Notes under the pieces: model-generated
Told to the model about the DNA's origin: nothing
What the model saw: only the letters and a program-made list of their open reading frames with translations
Database searches by the model: none
Made by a program: the position numbers and the translations under genes
In this document: piece by piece, positions 30,256 to 39,693 of the stretch
How the letters are laid out: each line of letters begins with the position of its first letter
Position numbering within the stretch: position 1 is the first letter of the stretch
Assembly (NCBI GenBank): GCA_964400645.1
Contig: CAYNVM010000003.1
Location: 1-55,799, forward strand
Source of the DNA: an uncultured Akkermansia sp.
Lineage (GTDB): Bacteria > Verrucomicrobiota > Verrucomicrobiia > Verrucomicrobiales > Akkermansiaceae
Direction: 5' to 3'
DNA length: 55,799 nt

Positions 30256-32115
30256 ATGACCGACTTATCAAGCGAACAGGCATTAGAACAACCTCCAGGT
30301 AATACGAGGAAGGAGAGAATTCTCTATATATGGCGTAATTATGTACGCTATTACAAGTGGATGCTATTTGGCTCTATTGCTGCTGGTGCTCTTTCAGCAT
30401 GGGCTAGTGGATTTGGATATCCATTCATGATCAAGAAGGTGTTTCCTATTGTCTTTGGGAACGAACAATTGTCTCCTGAATTTCAGGCATGGCTTGTGCG
30501 TATTGTTGGGGAAGAGCATTTGCATATAACAATGGTGTGGGTAGCTGCAGCCTTTTTACCCTTTATTGTCGCTGTCAGTGGGCTCGCTGGGTTTCTGAAT
30601 ATGTACTGGTTGACAGCTGTTGGGATGAAGATTCTGGAACGATTCCGAACAAAGCTGTATACGAAATATCAGCTTCTTTCGCTTTCTTACCATGAAAAGC
30701 ATAAGAGTGGTGATTTACTGAGTCGATTGATGCATGACACTCAGTTCCTTCAGGAGGGTATTTTATCAACAACAAATGATTTGATCCTCCAACCCATGAT
30801 GATGATTGGCGCATTGGGATATCTTATATATATGTCCTTTCAAAGTGCCCAATTTTGCATGCTTATGCTTAACATGATTTTAGTTGGGCTCTGTATTGTC
30901 CCTATCCAAAAGATTGGGCGATCCATGCTCAATCAAGCACGTAAAGCTCAAGCTGGGTTAGGGGACATAACTGCTAGTCTCCAGGAGAATTTCTCTTCTC
31001 AGAGAGATATCCGTGCATATGGTATGGAGGAAACCCAGATCAAGACTGTTAGAACGCAGATCAAAGGTTTTTTGAGCACTATGCTCAATGTTGTGAAATG
31101 GCAGAATGTGTTGACTCCTGTTGTTGAAATCGCCAGCGCTTTTGCGATTGGGATATCCTTGTACGTCGGAAGTGTAAATGGGCTTGGTGTTGATGATTTT
31201 ATAGCCATAGCAACTGCGATGTATTTGTGTTATGAACCAGTTAAGAAACTAGGTGCGGTTCATAATCGTTTGACCATGTGCATGGTTGGATTGGATCGTA
31301 TTAATGCCATCCTTTTTGAGCCTGACGATTTGCCCGATCCTGAGATACCTGTCCCTCTGACAAGGTGCCGTGGAGATATAGAATTTGATCATGTGAAATT
31401 TTCATATGATGGCGAGAAGGCTGTCATGAATGATATTTCTCTGAAAATCCCTGCAGGGCAAATAGTTGCTCTCGTTGGACCTAGTGGTGCAGGGAAAACA
31501 ACCTTTGCAAACCTAGTTTGCCGATTTTATGACGTTACAAGTGGAGCCATTCGCATTGATGGTGTAGATGTACGTCAGTATCGTAAGGCTGATCTCATGC
31601 GTAACATTTCTCTGGTATCTCAATATCCAGTACTTTTTAGGGGGACGGTTGCTGAAAATATTCATATTGGCAATCCTAGTGCTACCAGAAGTGCTATACT
31701 TGATGCTGGTAGAAGAGCCGCTGTAGATGAAATTGCTAAGGAAGATCCAAATGGTTATGACCGTATGATTGGTGAATCTGGCGAAGGACTTTCAGGGGGG
31801 CAGAAACAAAGAGTTTCTATTGCTCGAGCATTTTTGAAAAATGCTCCGCTCCTTATTTTGGATGAAGCAACAGCAGCTCTTGATATGAGAAGTGAAGCTC
31901 GCATCCAGGACCAGATTGATTCCTTGGCTCAAGGTCGCACAACTCTCATCATTGCGCACCGTTTTAGCACAATTCGGAATGCTGACCGGATTCTCCTTTT
32001 TGAACAGGGGAGAATTATTGCTGACGGCAACCACGCTGAACTCTACGAAAAATCGGCCTTATATCGCGATCTTTACGACAAGCAACTCATGAAACAGGAA
32101 GGAGGGAATGCCTGA
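30256..32115 (+). CDS. ABC exporter, fused TMD-NBD (MsbA-like) 1
   Basis: GPSGAGKT, LSGGQKQR, LDEAT, AHR; start taken at ATG 30256 because TTGAAA-N16-TACAAT (30184-30211) looks like its promoter. Confidence 0.92.
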   Translation: MTDLSSEQALEQPPGNTRKERILYIWRNYVRYYKWMLFGSIAAGALSAWASGFGYPFMIKKVFPIVFGNEQLSPEFQAWLVRIVGEEHLHITMVWVAAAFLPFIVAVSGLAGFLNMYWLTAVGMKILERFRTKLYTKYQLLSLSYHEKHKSGDLLSRLMHDTQFLQEGILSTTNDLILQPMMMIGALGYLIYMSFQSAQFCMLMLNMILVGLCIVPIQKIGRSMLNQARKAQAGLGDITASLQENFSSQRDIRAYGMEETQIKTVRTQIKGFLSTMLNVVKWQNVLTPVVEIASAFAIGISLYVGSVNGLGVDDFIAIATAMYLCYEPVKKLGAVHNRLTMCMVGLDRINAILFEPDDLPDPEIPVPLTRCRGDIEFDHVKFSYDGEKAVMNDISLKIPAGQIVALVGPSGAGKTTFANLVCRFYDVTSGAIRIDGVDVRQYRKADLMRNISLVSQYPVLFRGTVAENIHIGNPSATRSAILDAGRRAAVDEIAKEDPNGYDRMIGESGEGLSGGQKQRVSIARAFLKNAPLLILDEATAALDMRSEARIQDQIDSLAQGRTTLIIAHRFSTIRNADRILLFEQGRIIADGNHAELYEKSALYRDLYDKQLMKQEGGNA

Positions 32116-33896
32116 TGTTTATTCAATATTTGCGTTTCCTCAAATACTTGCGTCCACTTGCAATTCCTTTTGTTTTAGCATTGATTTCAGGGGCTGTTGC
32201 CGCCTCGGCCAGTGGCTTTGGTTTGCCGATGATGATCAATCAGGTTTTCCCTGTTGTTTTTGACAATGCTAAATTGCCTCCTTATCTCCATGATTGGATT
32301 CTCAGTTGGGCGGATCCAGATAATTTACACACGATTGTATTGGTAACTGCATGTTTGATGATGCCTCTTGTTTTTGTAGTCCGCGGTGTGGCTACATTTA
32401 TCAATGGCTATTTGACTGCATATGTCGGCATGCGTGTGCTTGAAGAGATCCGTATGGCTGCTTTCTCTAAATTGCAGTCATTGCCTCTTGCTTTTCATGA
32501 ACATCAGAAAAAAGGCGACTTGATCAGTCGCTTATTAATAGACACTCAGAACGTACAGTCTGGTATTACGCAGGTTGCCAATGATTTGATCAAGCAACCG
32601 ATGACTCTCATTAGTGCTATAAGCTTTTTGATCTATCAGTCGATTCAGGGCTCTCAAACGTCCGTTTTGCTTACTAACTTATTCTTTGTGGCATTGTCTA
32701 TTCTTCCGATTATGTTTTTTGGGAAGAGGGTTGTTGAAAAAGCTAGGCGTGCTCAACAGGAACTCGGTGATATTACCGCCGTCGCCCAGGAAAACCTTGC
32801 TAGTCAGCGAGAAGTACGTTCCTACGGTATGCAGAAACAGCAGGTACACATTTTCACTGATTTAATCCAACGATTTATCCGTGTTCAGCTTAAAGCTGTG
32901 AAATACAGACAATTCCTGATTCCTGTCTTAGAAATTGTAAGTGCATTGGGATTGGGATATCTGCTAGTGCGAGGGAATGCAGTAGGAATGTCTCAAGAAC
33001 AGTTTTTGTCTGCTTCAGCTGCCCTGTTCATGTGTTATGACCCAATCAAGCGTTTGGGGATTACTTATAACCGGTTGAAGCAATCTCAGGCATCTCTTGA
33101 ACGACTGGAGTTCATTTTGGATGCTGTCGATACGATGCCTGATCCTGAGACACCTATTCCTCTTAACCGAGCTCAGGGGCAGGTTGAATTCAAGGATGTT
33201 TCTTTCTCCTATGATGGGGAGCACAATGCTCTGAACCATATTAACGTATTTGTGCCAGCTGGTCAGGTTGTGGCTCTTGTTGGACCCAGTGGTGCAGGGA
33301 AGTCGACCTTTGCAAGTTTAATCCCTCGCTTCTATGAGGTTAGTGATGGTGCTGTGTGTCTTGATGGTATTGATCTCCGTGACACTTCAAAAGCCGAGAT
33401 TCGCAGGAATATTGCCTTGGTTTCTCAAAGCCCTTTCATTTTCCGCAATACGATTATGGAAAATATTCGTATGGGACGGCCAACTGCTTCAGATGATGAA
33501 GTTATCGAAGCCGCAAAAATGGCGGCTGTCCACGAATTTGCTATGAGCAAACCTGATGGCTACCATACGATGCTAGCAGATTGTGGGGATGGTCTTTCGG
33601 GAGGACAAAAACAACGAGTTGCTATTGCTCGTGCTTTTCTTAAAGATGCTCCGATTCTCATTTTGGATGAAGCGACTGCTTCTCTCGACTCTGAGAGTGA
33701 AACAAAGATTCAGCAAGAGCTAGATAATTTGGTGCAAGGACGAACAACGTTTATTGTTGCGCACCGTTTCAGTTCTATCCGTATCGCCCAACGGATTCTT
33801 GTTTTTGAAAGTGGTAGAATCATTGCAGATGGATCACATGATCAACTCTACACTTCATGCCCGCTCTACAAGGAGCTCTATGATAAGCAATCGTGA
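32115..33896 (+). CDS. ABC exporter, fused TMD-NBD (MsbA-like) 2
   Basis: Paralog of the previous gene, TGATG overlap; GPSGAGKS, LSGGQKQR, LDEAT, AHR. Confidence 0.92.
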   Translation: MFIQYLRFLKYLRPLAIPFVLALISGAVAASASGFGLPMMINQVFPVVFDNAKLPPYLHDWILSWADPDNLHTIVLVTACLMMPLVFVVRGVATFINGYLTAYVGMRVLEEIRMAAFSKLQSLPLAFHEHQKKGDLISRLLIDTQNVQSGITQVANDLIKQPMTLISAISFLIYQSIQGSQTSVLLTNLFFVALSILPIMFFGKRVVEKARRAQQELGDITAVAQENLASQREVRSYGMQKQQVHIFTDLIQRFIRVQLKAVKYRQFLIPVLEIVSALGLGYLLVRGNAVGMSQEQFLSASAALFMCYDPIKRLGITYNRLKQSQASLERLEFILDAVDTMPDPETPIPLNRAQGQVEFKDVSFSYDGEHNALNHINVFVPAGQVVALVGPSGAGKSTFASLIPRFYEVSDGAVCLDGIDLRDTSKAEIRRNIALVSQSPFIFRNTIMENIRMGRPTASDDEVIEAAKMAAVHEFAMSKPDGYHTMLADCGDGLSGGQKQRVAIARAFLKDAPILILDEATASLDSESETKIQQELDNLVQGRTTFIVAHRFSSIRIAQRILVFESGRIIADGSHDQLYTSCPLYKELYDKQS

Positions 33897-33984
33897 ACTT
33901 TGACTTCTGTGCTTGTTGAAGACGTGCTTAGTTCTTGGGAGATAAGTCGTAGCTAGTTCTACTCAGTTATGATGAGATTTGGAC

Positions 33985-34122
33985 TGTGGATAAGGTAGGG
34001 TGTAAACTGTGTGATATATTCGTAATCTATTCATTACGAATATTTAGTAATATTTTCACGATATGTGAATAACTTGTTAATAAGTTGTGAATAGATTGAG
34101 AGTAAGTGGATAGTTATTAACA
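33985..34122. other. DnaA-box cluster (oriC or DARS/datA-like locus)
   Basis: TGTGGATAA 33985; TGTGAATAA 34064; TGTTAATAA 34075; TGTGAATAG 34086; AGTGGATAG 34105; TTATTAACA 34114, all in an AT-rich intergenic gap between convergent genes. Confidence 0.7.
34016..34043. repeat. Perfect 11-6-11 palindrome
   Basis: ATATTCGTAAT-CTATTC-ATTACGAATAT. Confidence 0.85.
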
Positions 34123-34264
34123 TTTCTAAAATACTTCCGATGTTCTCTCTAGTTTGAACAATAGAAGATCTGATATAGGTTCAGAATGTGGAGACGAAAA
34201 AAATGTTAGCTCACATCCTTTTGAGCCTTTTTTCAAGACGAGTTGCTACAGGTAACAATTCGAA

Positions 34265-34585
34265 TCAACGATGCATCATTTCGATGGGCCTCGACTTTAT
34301 CACGCGACGCCCTTCTTGAACCTCTGCATATACTTCACAGAGTTTACGTCTAGCCAGGAAGCGATTAATTTCTCTGGACCTATCAATGTGGCATTTAATG
34401 GCAATGCCAGTTGGAATGTGTTTGAGGAAGACGCAGTTGTTTGTTTTATTGACTTTTTGTCCTCCTCTGCCACTACCACGAACAAATTTTTCTTCAAGAT
34501 CTTGCTCGCGAATGCCAAGTTCTGCCATTCGTTGCTTAACAGCTTCAACTTTTTCTGGCCGAACCATTAGATGAGAGAAAAACAT
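34265..34585 (-). CDS. Stand-alone GGQ peptidyl-tRNA hydrolase domain protein (RF-1 domain; ArfB/C12orf65-like)
   Basis: LEEKFVRGSGRGGQKVNKT..CVFLKHIPTGI...RSREINR; alternative start at ATG 34567. Confidence 0.88.
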   Translation of the reverse strand: MFFSHLMVRPEKVEAVKQRMAELGIREQDLEEKFVRGSGRGGQKVNKTNNCVFLKHIPTGIAIKCHIDRSREINRFLARRKLCEVYAEVQEGRRVIKSRPIEMMHR

Positions 34586-34627
34586 GGGGAGCTATCGATT
34601 CGTTGGTAGAATTTCTAGCTCCCCATG
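34577..34627 (-). terminator. Terminator-like hairpin after the UGPase gene, covering the first ATG of the RF-domain gene
   Basis: CATGGGGAGCTA/TAGCTCCCCATG 12-bp stem followed by TTTTT on -. Confidence 0.65.
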
Positions 34628-34650
34628 AGTTATATAGTTATATGAAAATT

Positions 34651-36036
34651 TTAATCTAGGCTGTATGTGCCTGATGGAATTTCTTTAGTGGAATCTGAAT
34701 CATTATTGAACGAAGCTGTTCCCTTAATAATACAACCTGGTTCAAAGTGATGCTTCCCTCGAATAGTGAGTTTCTTTGCATTAGCAAGAGATGGGACTCC
34801 GAGAGAATCGAGAGAATCCACCAACTTATACAGTTTACTATCCAAATCTACAATAGGAGCAACTCCATTGCATGAAGGAGATAGTGCAACCGTGCCTTCA
34901 TCATCAATCTCGACAGCATCAGAGCGGAGCAGGAGAAGATCTGAGCTCGTCTTAACGGGGAAGAAACGGGAGCGTGGGACATTTACTGCTCTCGCTCCAG
35001 GGAAACATTCAATTCCAGCACCCATTGCGGTTTCTAGTTGATAAACCTTAGGAGATGATGAGTCTCTAGGATCCACTGTTTTGCTGTTGCGGATCATAGG
35101 CAGAGGAAGAACTCCACCATTCTTCTCAAGAATGGATTCGAGAACATCAAGACGAATCCATAATGTGTTAGTGTTAAAGAAACGGTGGCGATCAATGTTT
35201 TGGAAGGAGGGAATATCTTCGTCAGGACATTGTGCGACTTCACGAAGAATTAGTTGCCCATCCGAACGACGAACTGCGAGGTGTCCCCCTTTTTTGTCAG
35301 CTTCTGTTCGACGTGTTACCTCCATGACAAATGGAGCATTGGATTCTGCAAACCAACGAAGGAAATTGAGGTTAAGCTGTGCTCCAAGGTTGTCAGAGTT
35401 GGAGACAAAAGCGTATTTCACGCCTTGCTCGAGCAGTTTACCAAGCCATCCAGACCCTAAAAGTGCGGGGTAGATGTCACCGTGTCCTGGCGGGCACCAT
35501 TCTAATTCTGGGTGAGTTGGCCATTGGGCTGGTTGCAACGTATCGGCCAGAATTTTGGGAACTCTGTTTTGCATAAGTTCCACTTCTTCTGCTTTATTGA
35601 ATCCATCACTAGCGTACTTTTCAAGGTAGGCAAGGGTATCCTCACTTGTGGAGAAGGAATTCATGAGTAGGAGTCGAACTGGTGTACCAGAGACCTTGCG
35701 AAGGTGTTTGATCTGCTTGACAATGAGATCAAGGAAGGTGTCGTTGCCTTTAATAGGCAAAAGGCTTTTAGCCTTTTGTAATCCCATGCTTGTTCCCAAG
35801 CCTCCGTTAAGTTTGATACAAACTGTTTGGGCAATGAGCGTAGCATCGGCAACGGGTGTTTGGGATACGATTTCTGTCCAATCTCCCACATCAGAAGCTG
35901 GGTCAATCGCACTTTCAGGAATCATCCCACTTTGGTCGGCGACCAATGATTCGTAACAACGGTGAAAAGCAGCAATAGCAGCTGCACTTAGGCCTACTGC
36001 CTGCATCTTAGATTCAAAGGGACTGAAATCGCTCAT
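34651..36036 (-). CDS. UTP--glucose-1-phosphate uridylyltransferase, eukaryotic-type UDPGP family
   Basis: KLNGGLGTSMG, LMNSFST, WCPPGHGD, SNSDNL, KKGGHL, FNTN, QLETAMG, RFFPVK. Confidence 0.95.
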   Translation of the reverse strand: MSDFSPFESKMQAVGLSAAAIAAFHRCYESLVADQSGMIPESAIDPASDVGDWTEIVSQTPVADATLIAQTVCIKLNGGLGTSMGLQKAKSLLPIKGNDTFLDLIVKQIKHLRKVSGTPVRLLLMNSFSTSEDTLAYLEKYASDGFNKAEEVELMQNRVPKILADTLQPAQWPTHPELEWCPPGHGDIYPALLGSGWLGKLLEQGVKYAFVSNSDNLGAQLNLNFLRWFAESNAPFVMEVTRRTEADKKGGHLAVRRSDGQLILREVAQCPDEDIPSFQNIDRHRFFNTNTLWIRLDVLESILEKNGGVLPLPMIRNSKTVDPRDSSSPKVYQLETAMGAGIECFPGARAVNVPRSRFFPVKTSSDLLLLRSDAVEIDDEGTVALSPSCNGVAPIVDLDSKLYKLVDSLDSLGVPSLANAKKLTIRGKHHFEPGCIIKGTASFNNDSDSTKEIPSGTYSLD

Positions 36037-36188
36037 GATGCCACCTTTGATAGCCTAACTATGTGGGAACGACAAGCAATCTTTGGTGAGTTTTTGAGGA
36101 ATCAGATCAAGACTTGAGGGAGAAATATTAGTTTTTGTCATATTACTGACCAGAAGAATAAAATTAGCGTGCAAAAAGGACCTAAAAT

Positions 36189-37655
36189 GTGGAAACTGTT
36201 GGCGTGTTAAAATGGATGCATGAAGATACAATGAGGGTTTCTTGGACTCTCTGTCTTCTCATCTCGATATTTCTACATTTTCTAGGTATTGGTGTTGTTG
36301 CTGTTTTGCCTGTTCATCTGTTAGAAACTAAGTCTGGTGCGCCAAAGAAGCTACGTGTTGAGGTTGCTCATTCCGCAGTTAAGAGGGTTCCTAAGAAGAT
36401 AGTAGAGTCGTCTATTGGTAGTAAGGAAGAAAAGAAAGAAGAGAAGAAACAACCTGCATTCGTAAAAACAAGTGAGGATCAGCCTCTAGACACAACTCCC
36501 AAGGAGGCTCCTTACATTGGAGCTCGTCCAACAAAAGCAGAGGGAGGTCCTAAGGCTCCTAATGATATTAAAGAGTTGCCTGCGCAGGATGGAGAAGATC
36601 CTCGGCATGATGAAATTGTACTTTTTAACCAAGAACGGCAGGATGGTGACTTAAGTAGTGATACAGAAGGGCGCCCTGCGCAAACCCCATCGGCCCAAGT
36701 TCAACGTTTTGTTGATCAGTCAAGGTATCTGGACTCCAATGAAAATCTTGTGGATACTTCAGAGATTAGACCTCAGCTGATACCACACGAGGGAAACTCG
36801 GCTCTTGCAGGTCAGGGTAGAGTAGGTAGGGAGCAATCAATGGCCGAAAGAACATCAACCATTGAGTCCAAAAAAAATGAAGAGAATTCAACTGAGCTGC
36901 CCAAAGACGATCTTAGAGTAGCGGAAAACTCAGATGACTCTCATCTTCCTGAGGATCAACAAAAGACAGATTCTAGTCAGAAACAGAATGATGGCTTAAC
37001 ACAAGAGTCTTTAGAGGCCGAGAAAGTGCATGAGAGTGATCATAGTGGAAGTGTTTTAGACATGCTCAATGCTATGCAATCTGAGCGGTTGACACAGCTC
37101 CCCGCTCCCTCACAACAGCAGGGAAATGAGATTGCTTTAGGAGGAGCAACTTCTCAATCTATACCTATTCCCTTATCTGTGTCAGGAAATTCATCTCAGA
37201 ATCAGTCAAATATGCCACAGAACAACTCTGGGCGTCGACCTGTGTATGACCCTGCTTTCTCTGCTGAATCTCAGCCTGGTTTTCGGACTGCTGAAAGGAA
37301 AACTCGAATTAGTGGGCATTTTAGTTTTGGACACAGAGCGTCTCTTAATGTTGCCGCAACTCCAGTAGGTCGTTATCAAGAGTTGGTGTATCGTGCCATA
37401 GGAATGTGCTGGTATCATCAGTGCGATGTTAATAGGGATCTCATCGTTACAGGAACAATTCGAACAAGAATCCTTTTGAATCCAGAAGGCCATGTTGTTT
37501 CAATTAGACAATTGAGTCGTGATGGAGCTAGCGAGGCCCAGAAATCCTTCACTTTTGTTGCTATTCAACAAGCACCTATCCCTCCTATGCCTCCAGACGT
37601 TCGTAAGGAACTTATTGGCAATCGTATGGAACTATTCTTTGATTTCTTCTTCTAA
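36189..37655 (+). CDS. TonB/TolA-like energy transducer
   Basis: N-terminal TM with SxxxH (SIFLH), long disordered linker, TonB_C-like C-terminus (AIQQAPIPPMP); precedes exbB-exbD; true start may be a downstream ATG. Confidence 0.75.
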   Translation: METVGVLKWMHEDTMRVSWTLCLLISIFLHFLGIGVVAVLPVHLLETKSGAPKKLRVEVAHSAVKRVPKKIVESSIGSKEEKKEEKKQPAFVKTSEDQPLDTTPKEAPYIGARPTKAEGGPKAPNDIKELPAQDGEDPRHDEIVLFNQERQDGDLSSDTEGRPAQTPSAQVQRFVDQSRYLDSNENLVDTSEIRPQLIPHEGNSALAGQGRVGREQSMAERTSTIESKKNEENSTELPKDDLRVAENSDDSHLPEDQQKTDSSQKQNDGLTQESLEAEKVHESDHSGSVLDMLNAMQSERLTQLPAPSQQQGNEIALGGATSQSIPIPLSVSGNSSQNQSNMPQNNSGRRPVYDPAFSAESQPGFRTAERKTRISGHFSFGHRASLNVAATPVGRYQELVYRAIGMCWYHQCDVNRDLIVTGTIRTRILLNPEGHVVSIRQLSRDGASEAQKSFTFVAIQQAPIPPMPPDVRKELIGNRMELFFDFFF

Positions 37656-37673
37656 TCTCATTCATTTCTTCCC

Positions 37674-38309
37674 ATGAATACAATCCAAGAAATTGCACAG
37701 TTTTTCAGACAAGGTGGTGTTTTTATGTATCCCTTAGCTCTGTGTTCTATTGTTTTAGTTGCTGTAGTTGTGTACCGTTTAATTAACATACGATTTGCAC
37801 GTATAGCTCCCAGCAAACTTTTGGAACGAATTAATGATGTGATATCAGGCAAGGGGACTCTGTCTGATCTAGCAAAAGATGTACACTCTGGACGGACTCC
37901 GTTGGCTCGATTAGTGGCTTGTGCGTTGGATGATCGTGGTGAAGTTATGGACACGCCCAATGTAGAGGAACTGATTAGACAACGTGTGGAGATAGTTGCC
38001 AGAGAGGAATTTGTAGCTATGCAGTCAGGACTTTCTCTGCTCGATATGGTTATTATGATTGCACCAATGTTTGGGATTTTGGGTACGGCTTCAGGTCTTG
38101 TTGTTGTTTTTGGAGCATTTGGAATGGATGACAACAGTGGAGAAATTGCATTAGGTATTGCCAATGCTCTTAATACAACGATCACAGGTCTGGCCATTGC
38201 TGCTCCTGCTGTTATTGCTAATGTCTGTTTCAGCCGACAAATGGAACGTATATCAGCTAGGTTAGAATTAATACTCGCCCGACTCATTGCTTTCCGCGTA
38301 CAAAAATGA
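37674..38309 (+). CDS. exbB: MotA/TolQ/ExbB proton channel
   Basis: GGVFMYPL, APMFGILGT, GIANALNTTITGL. Confidence 0.9.
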   Translation: MNTIQEIAQFFRQGGVFMYPLALCSIVLVAVVVYRLINIRFARIAPSKLLERINDVISGKGTLSDLAKDVHSGRTPLARLVACALDDRGEVMDTPNVEELIRQRVEIVAREEFVAMQSGLSLLDMVIMIAPMFGILGTASGLVVVFGAFGMDDNSGEIALGIANALNTTITGLAIAAPAVIANVCFSRQMERISARLELILARLIAFRVQK

Positions 38310-38345
38310 GTCAAAGTAAGTTGGCTGTTTACATAATTGACCGCT

Positions 38346-38777
38346 ATGCAATTTTATAAAAAACGCCATTCAGCTAGTTCAGTTCCTATTGTCCCTATGG
38401 TGGACATACTGACAATTTTGCTCATTTTTTTCATTGTGCATACGCAGTGGAAGAAACCTCAGTCTGTGTTAAAAATTGATGTCCCAAGTGTTGAATACAT
38501 GAACCCAGACCGTGAAATTGAGCGGAGGGGTGTTTTGGCTGTTGGTGCAGACTCTTCCGTATCTTTTAACGGGGAGATTGTTTCTCTCAATCAGTTGCCA
38601 GAGTTTCTCAAGTCGTACAAAGAAGCTAATCCTGACAAAAAACTCCAATTAGATGTCGATCAAGGTGCTGCATTCGGCACAATTGTCCAGATTTGGGACA
38701 TATTGACAGGGGTTGGGATTGACGCCAACGAAGTTCCTGCAAGAATAGAAGTCCAACCTGCCTCATCCACTCACTGA
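38346..38777 (+). CDS. exbD: ExbD/TolR family protein
   Basis: IVPMVDILTILLIFFIV with the conserved Asp; start taken at ATG 38346. Confidence 0.9.
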   Translation: MQFYKKRHSASSVPIVPMVDILTILLIFFIVHTQWKKPQSVLKIDVPSVEYMNPDREIERRGVLAVGADSSVSFNGEIVSLNQLPEFLKSYKEANPDKKLQLDVDQGAAFGTIVQIWDILTGVGIDANEVPARIEVQPASSTH

Positions 38778-38813
38778 GGTTCAATTATATTTTCCCTTCA
38801 TACTATCACAGCT

Positions 38814-39356
38814 ATGTTACTTGAAATTGTCCAATACGGTCATCCAACGTTACGTCAGAAATGCCGCCCGGTTTCCAATCCTTCCGAGCTACAGGATTTG
38901 GCTAAGAATATGCTGGAAACCATGTATGCTGCTGATGGTGTCGGGTTAGCTGCACCACAAATAGATCTCCCCATACAATTAATTTGTATAGATATTCCTG
39001 CAGATGATGATTCTACGACACTATTGAAGGTTGATGGGAGAGATACGGCTATGTCCGAAATTATGCCACTTGCTTTTGTCAATCCAGAGTTGGAACCTTA
39101 TGGTCCTATGGAAAGTTGCCAAGAAGGTTGTCTTAGTGTTCGCAACGTACGAGCATCTGTCATACGACCAACATGCGTAAAGGCAACAATAACTCTCCTC
39201 AGTGGCAAAACGATAACCGTCGAATGCAATGGATTGCTTGCTCGTTGCTTCCAACACGAGTGTGACCACCTCAACGGGGTGCTCTTTGTAGAGAGAGTTT
39301 CTTCCGCTCAGCGTGTAACAGTGAAGGGTAAATTGCGCCGTCTTTTCGGAGCTTAA
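38814..39356 (+). CDS. def: Peptide deformylase
   Basis: GVGLAAPQI, EGCLS, QHECDHLNG. Confidence 0.97.
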   Translation: MLLEIVQYGHPTLRQKCRPVSNPSELQDLAKNMLETMYAADGVGLAAPQIDLPIQLICIDIPADDDSTTLLKVDGRDTAMSEIMPLAFVNPELEPYGPMESCQEGCLSVRNVRASVIRPTCVKATITLLSGKTITVECNGLLARCFQHECDHLNGVLFVERVSSAQRVTVKGKLRRLFGA

Positions 39357-39391
39357 TCCCCCTAATTTAACGCTAATATCTTTGTTTCCCT

Positions 39392-39429
39392 AAAACCGGA
39401 GTAGGTGTTTCATCCTAATCCGGTTTTTT
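39392..39429. terminator. Bidirectional terminator
   Basis: AAAACCGGA.TAGG / CCTA.TCCGGTTTT stem with A- and T-tracts on both sides. Confidence 0.8.
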
Positions 39430-39608
39430 GTATTACGTCAGGCATGATATGCCACTGGGTTGAAAATCCTGAAGATGGGTAGAGGCGATAGTAGCAAGGG
39501 TGCGTGGCTGCTTGTCTGCACAGCCACGGGACCAAGTTCATAACATAACGAGACCTGAAACAATTAAAACTGCACAGGTCATAAAAGGTTCGTATGTGGT
39601 TAAGAGTA
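39392..39608 (-). ncRNA. Candidate structured sRNA or small-ORF mRNA
   Basis: GTGACA-N17-TAGAAT promoter on - (39643-39615), internal hairpins, ends at the bidirectional terminator. Confidence 0.45.
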
Positions 39609-39693
39609 GGCATTATTCTAGCTCCATAGTCGATTACTGTCACATCAATGAAGAGGTAAACGACTTGGAATGATTCTAGAGAATAGTTAAGGT

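Noticed and set aside
39410-39643. 77-aa ORF as YidD or another protein; TTATGTTATGA as a dif XerD arm; TGA plus hairpin as a SECIS
   Set aside because: The GTG start is the -35 box and YidD motifs are absent; there is no XerC arm ending in ATAA; there is no selenoprotein-like context or sel genes in the window
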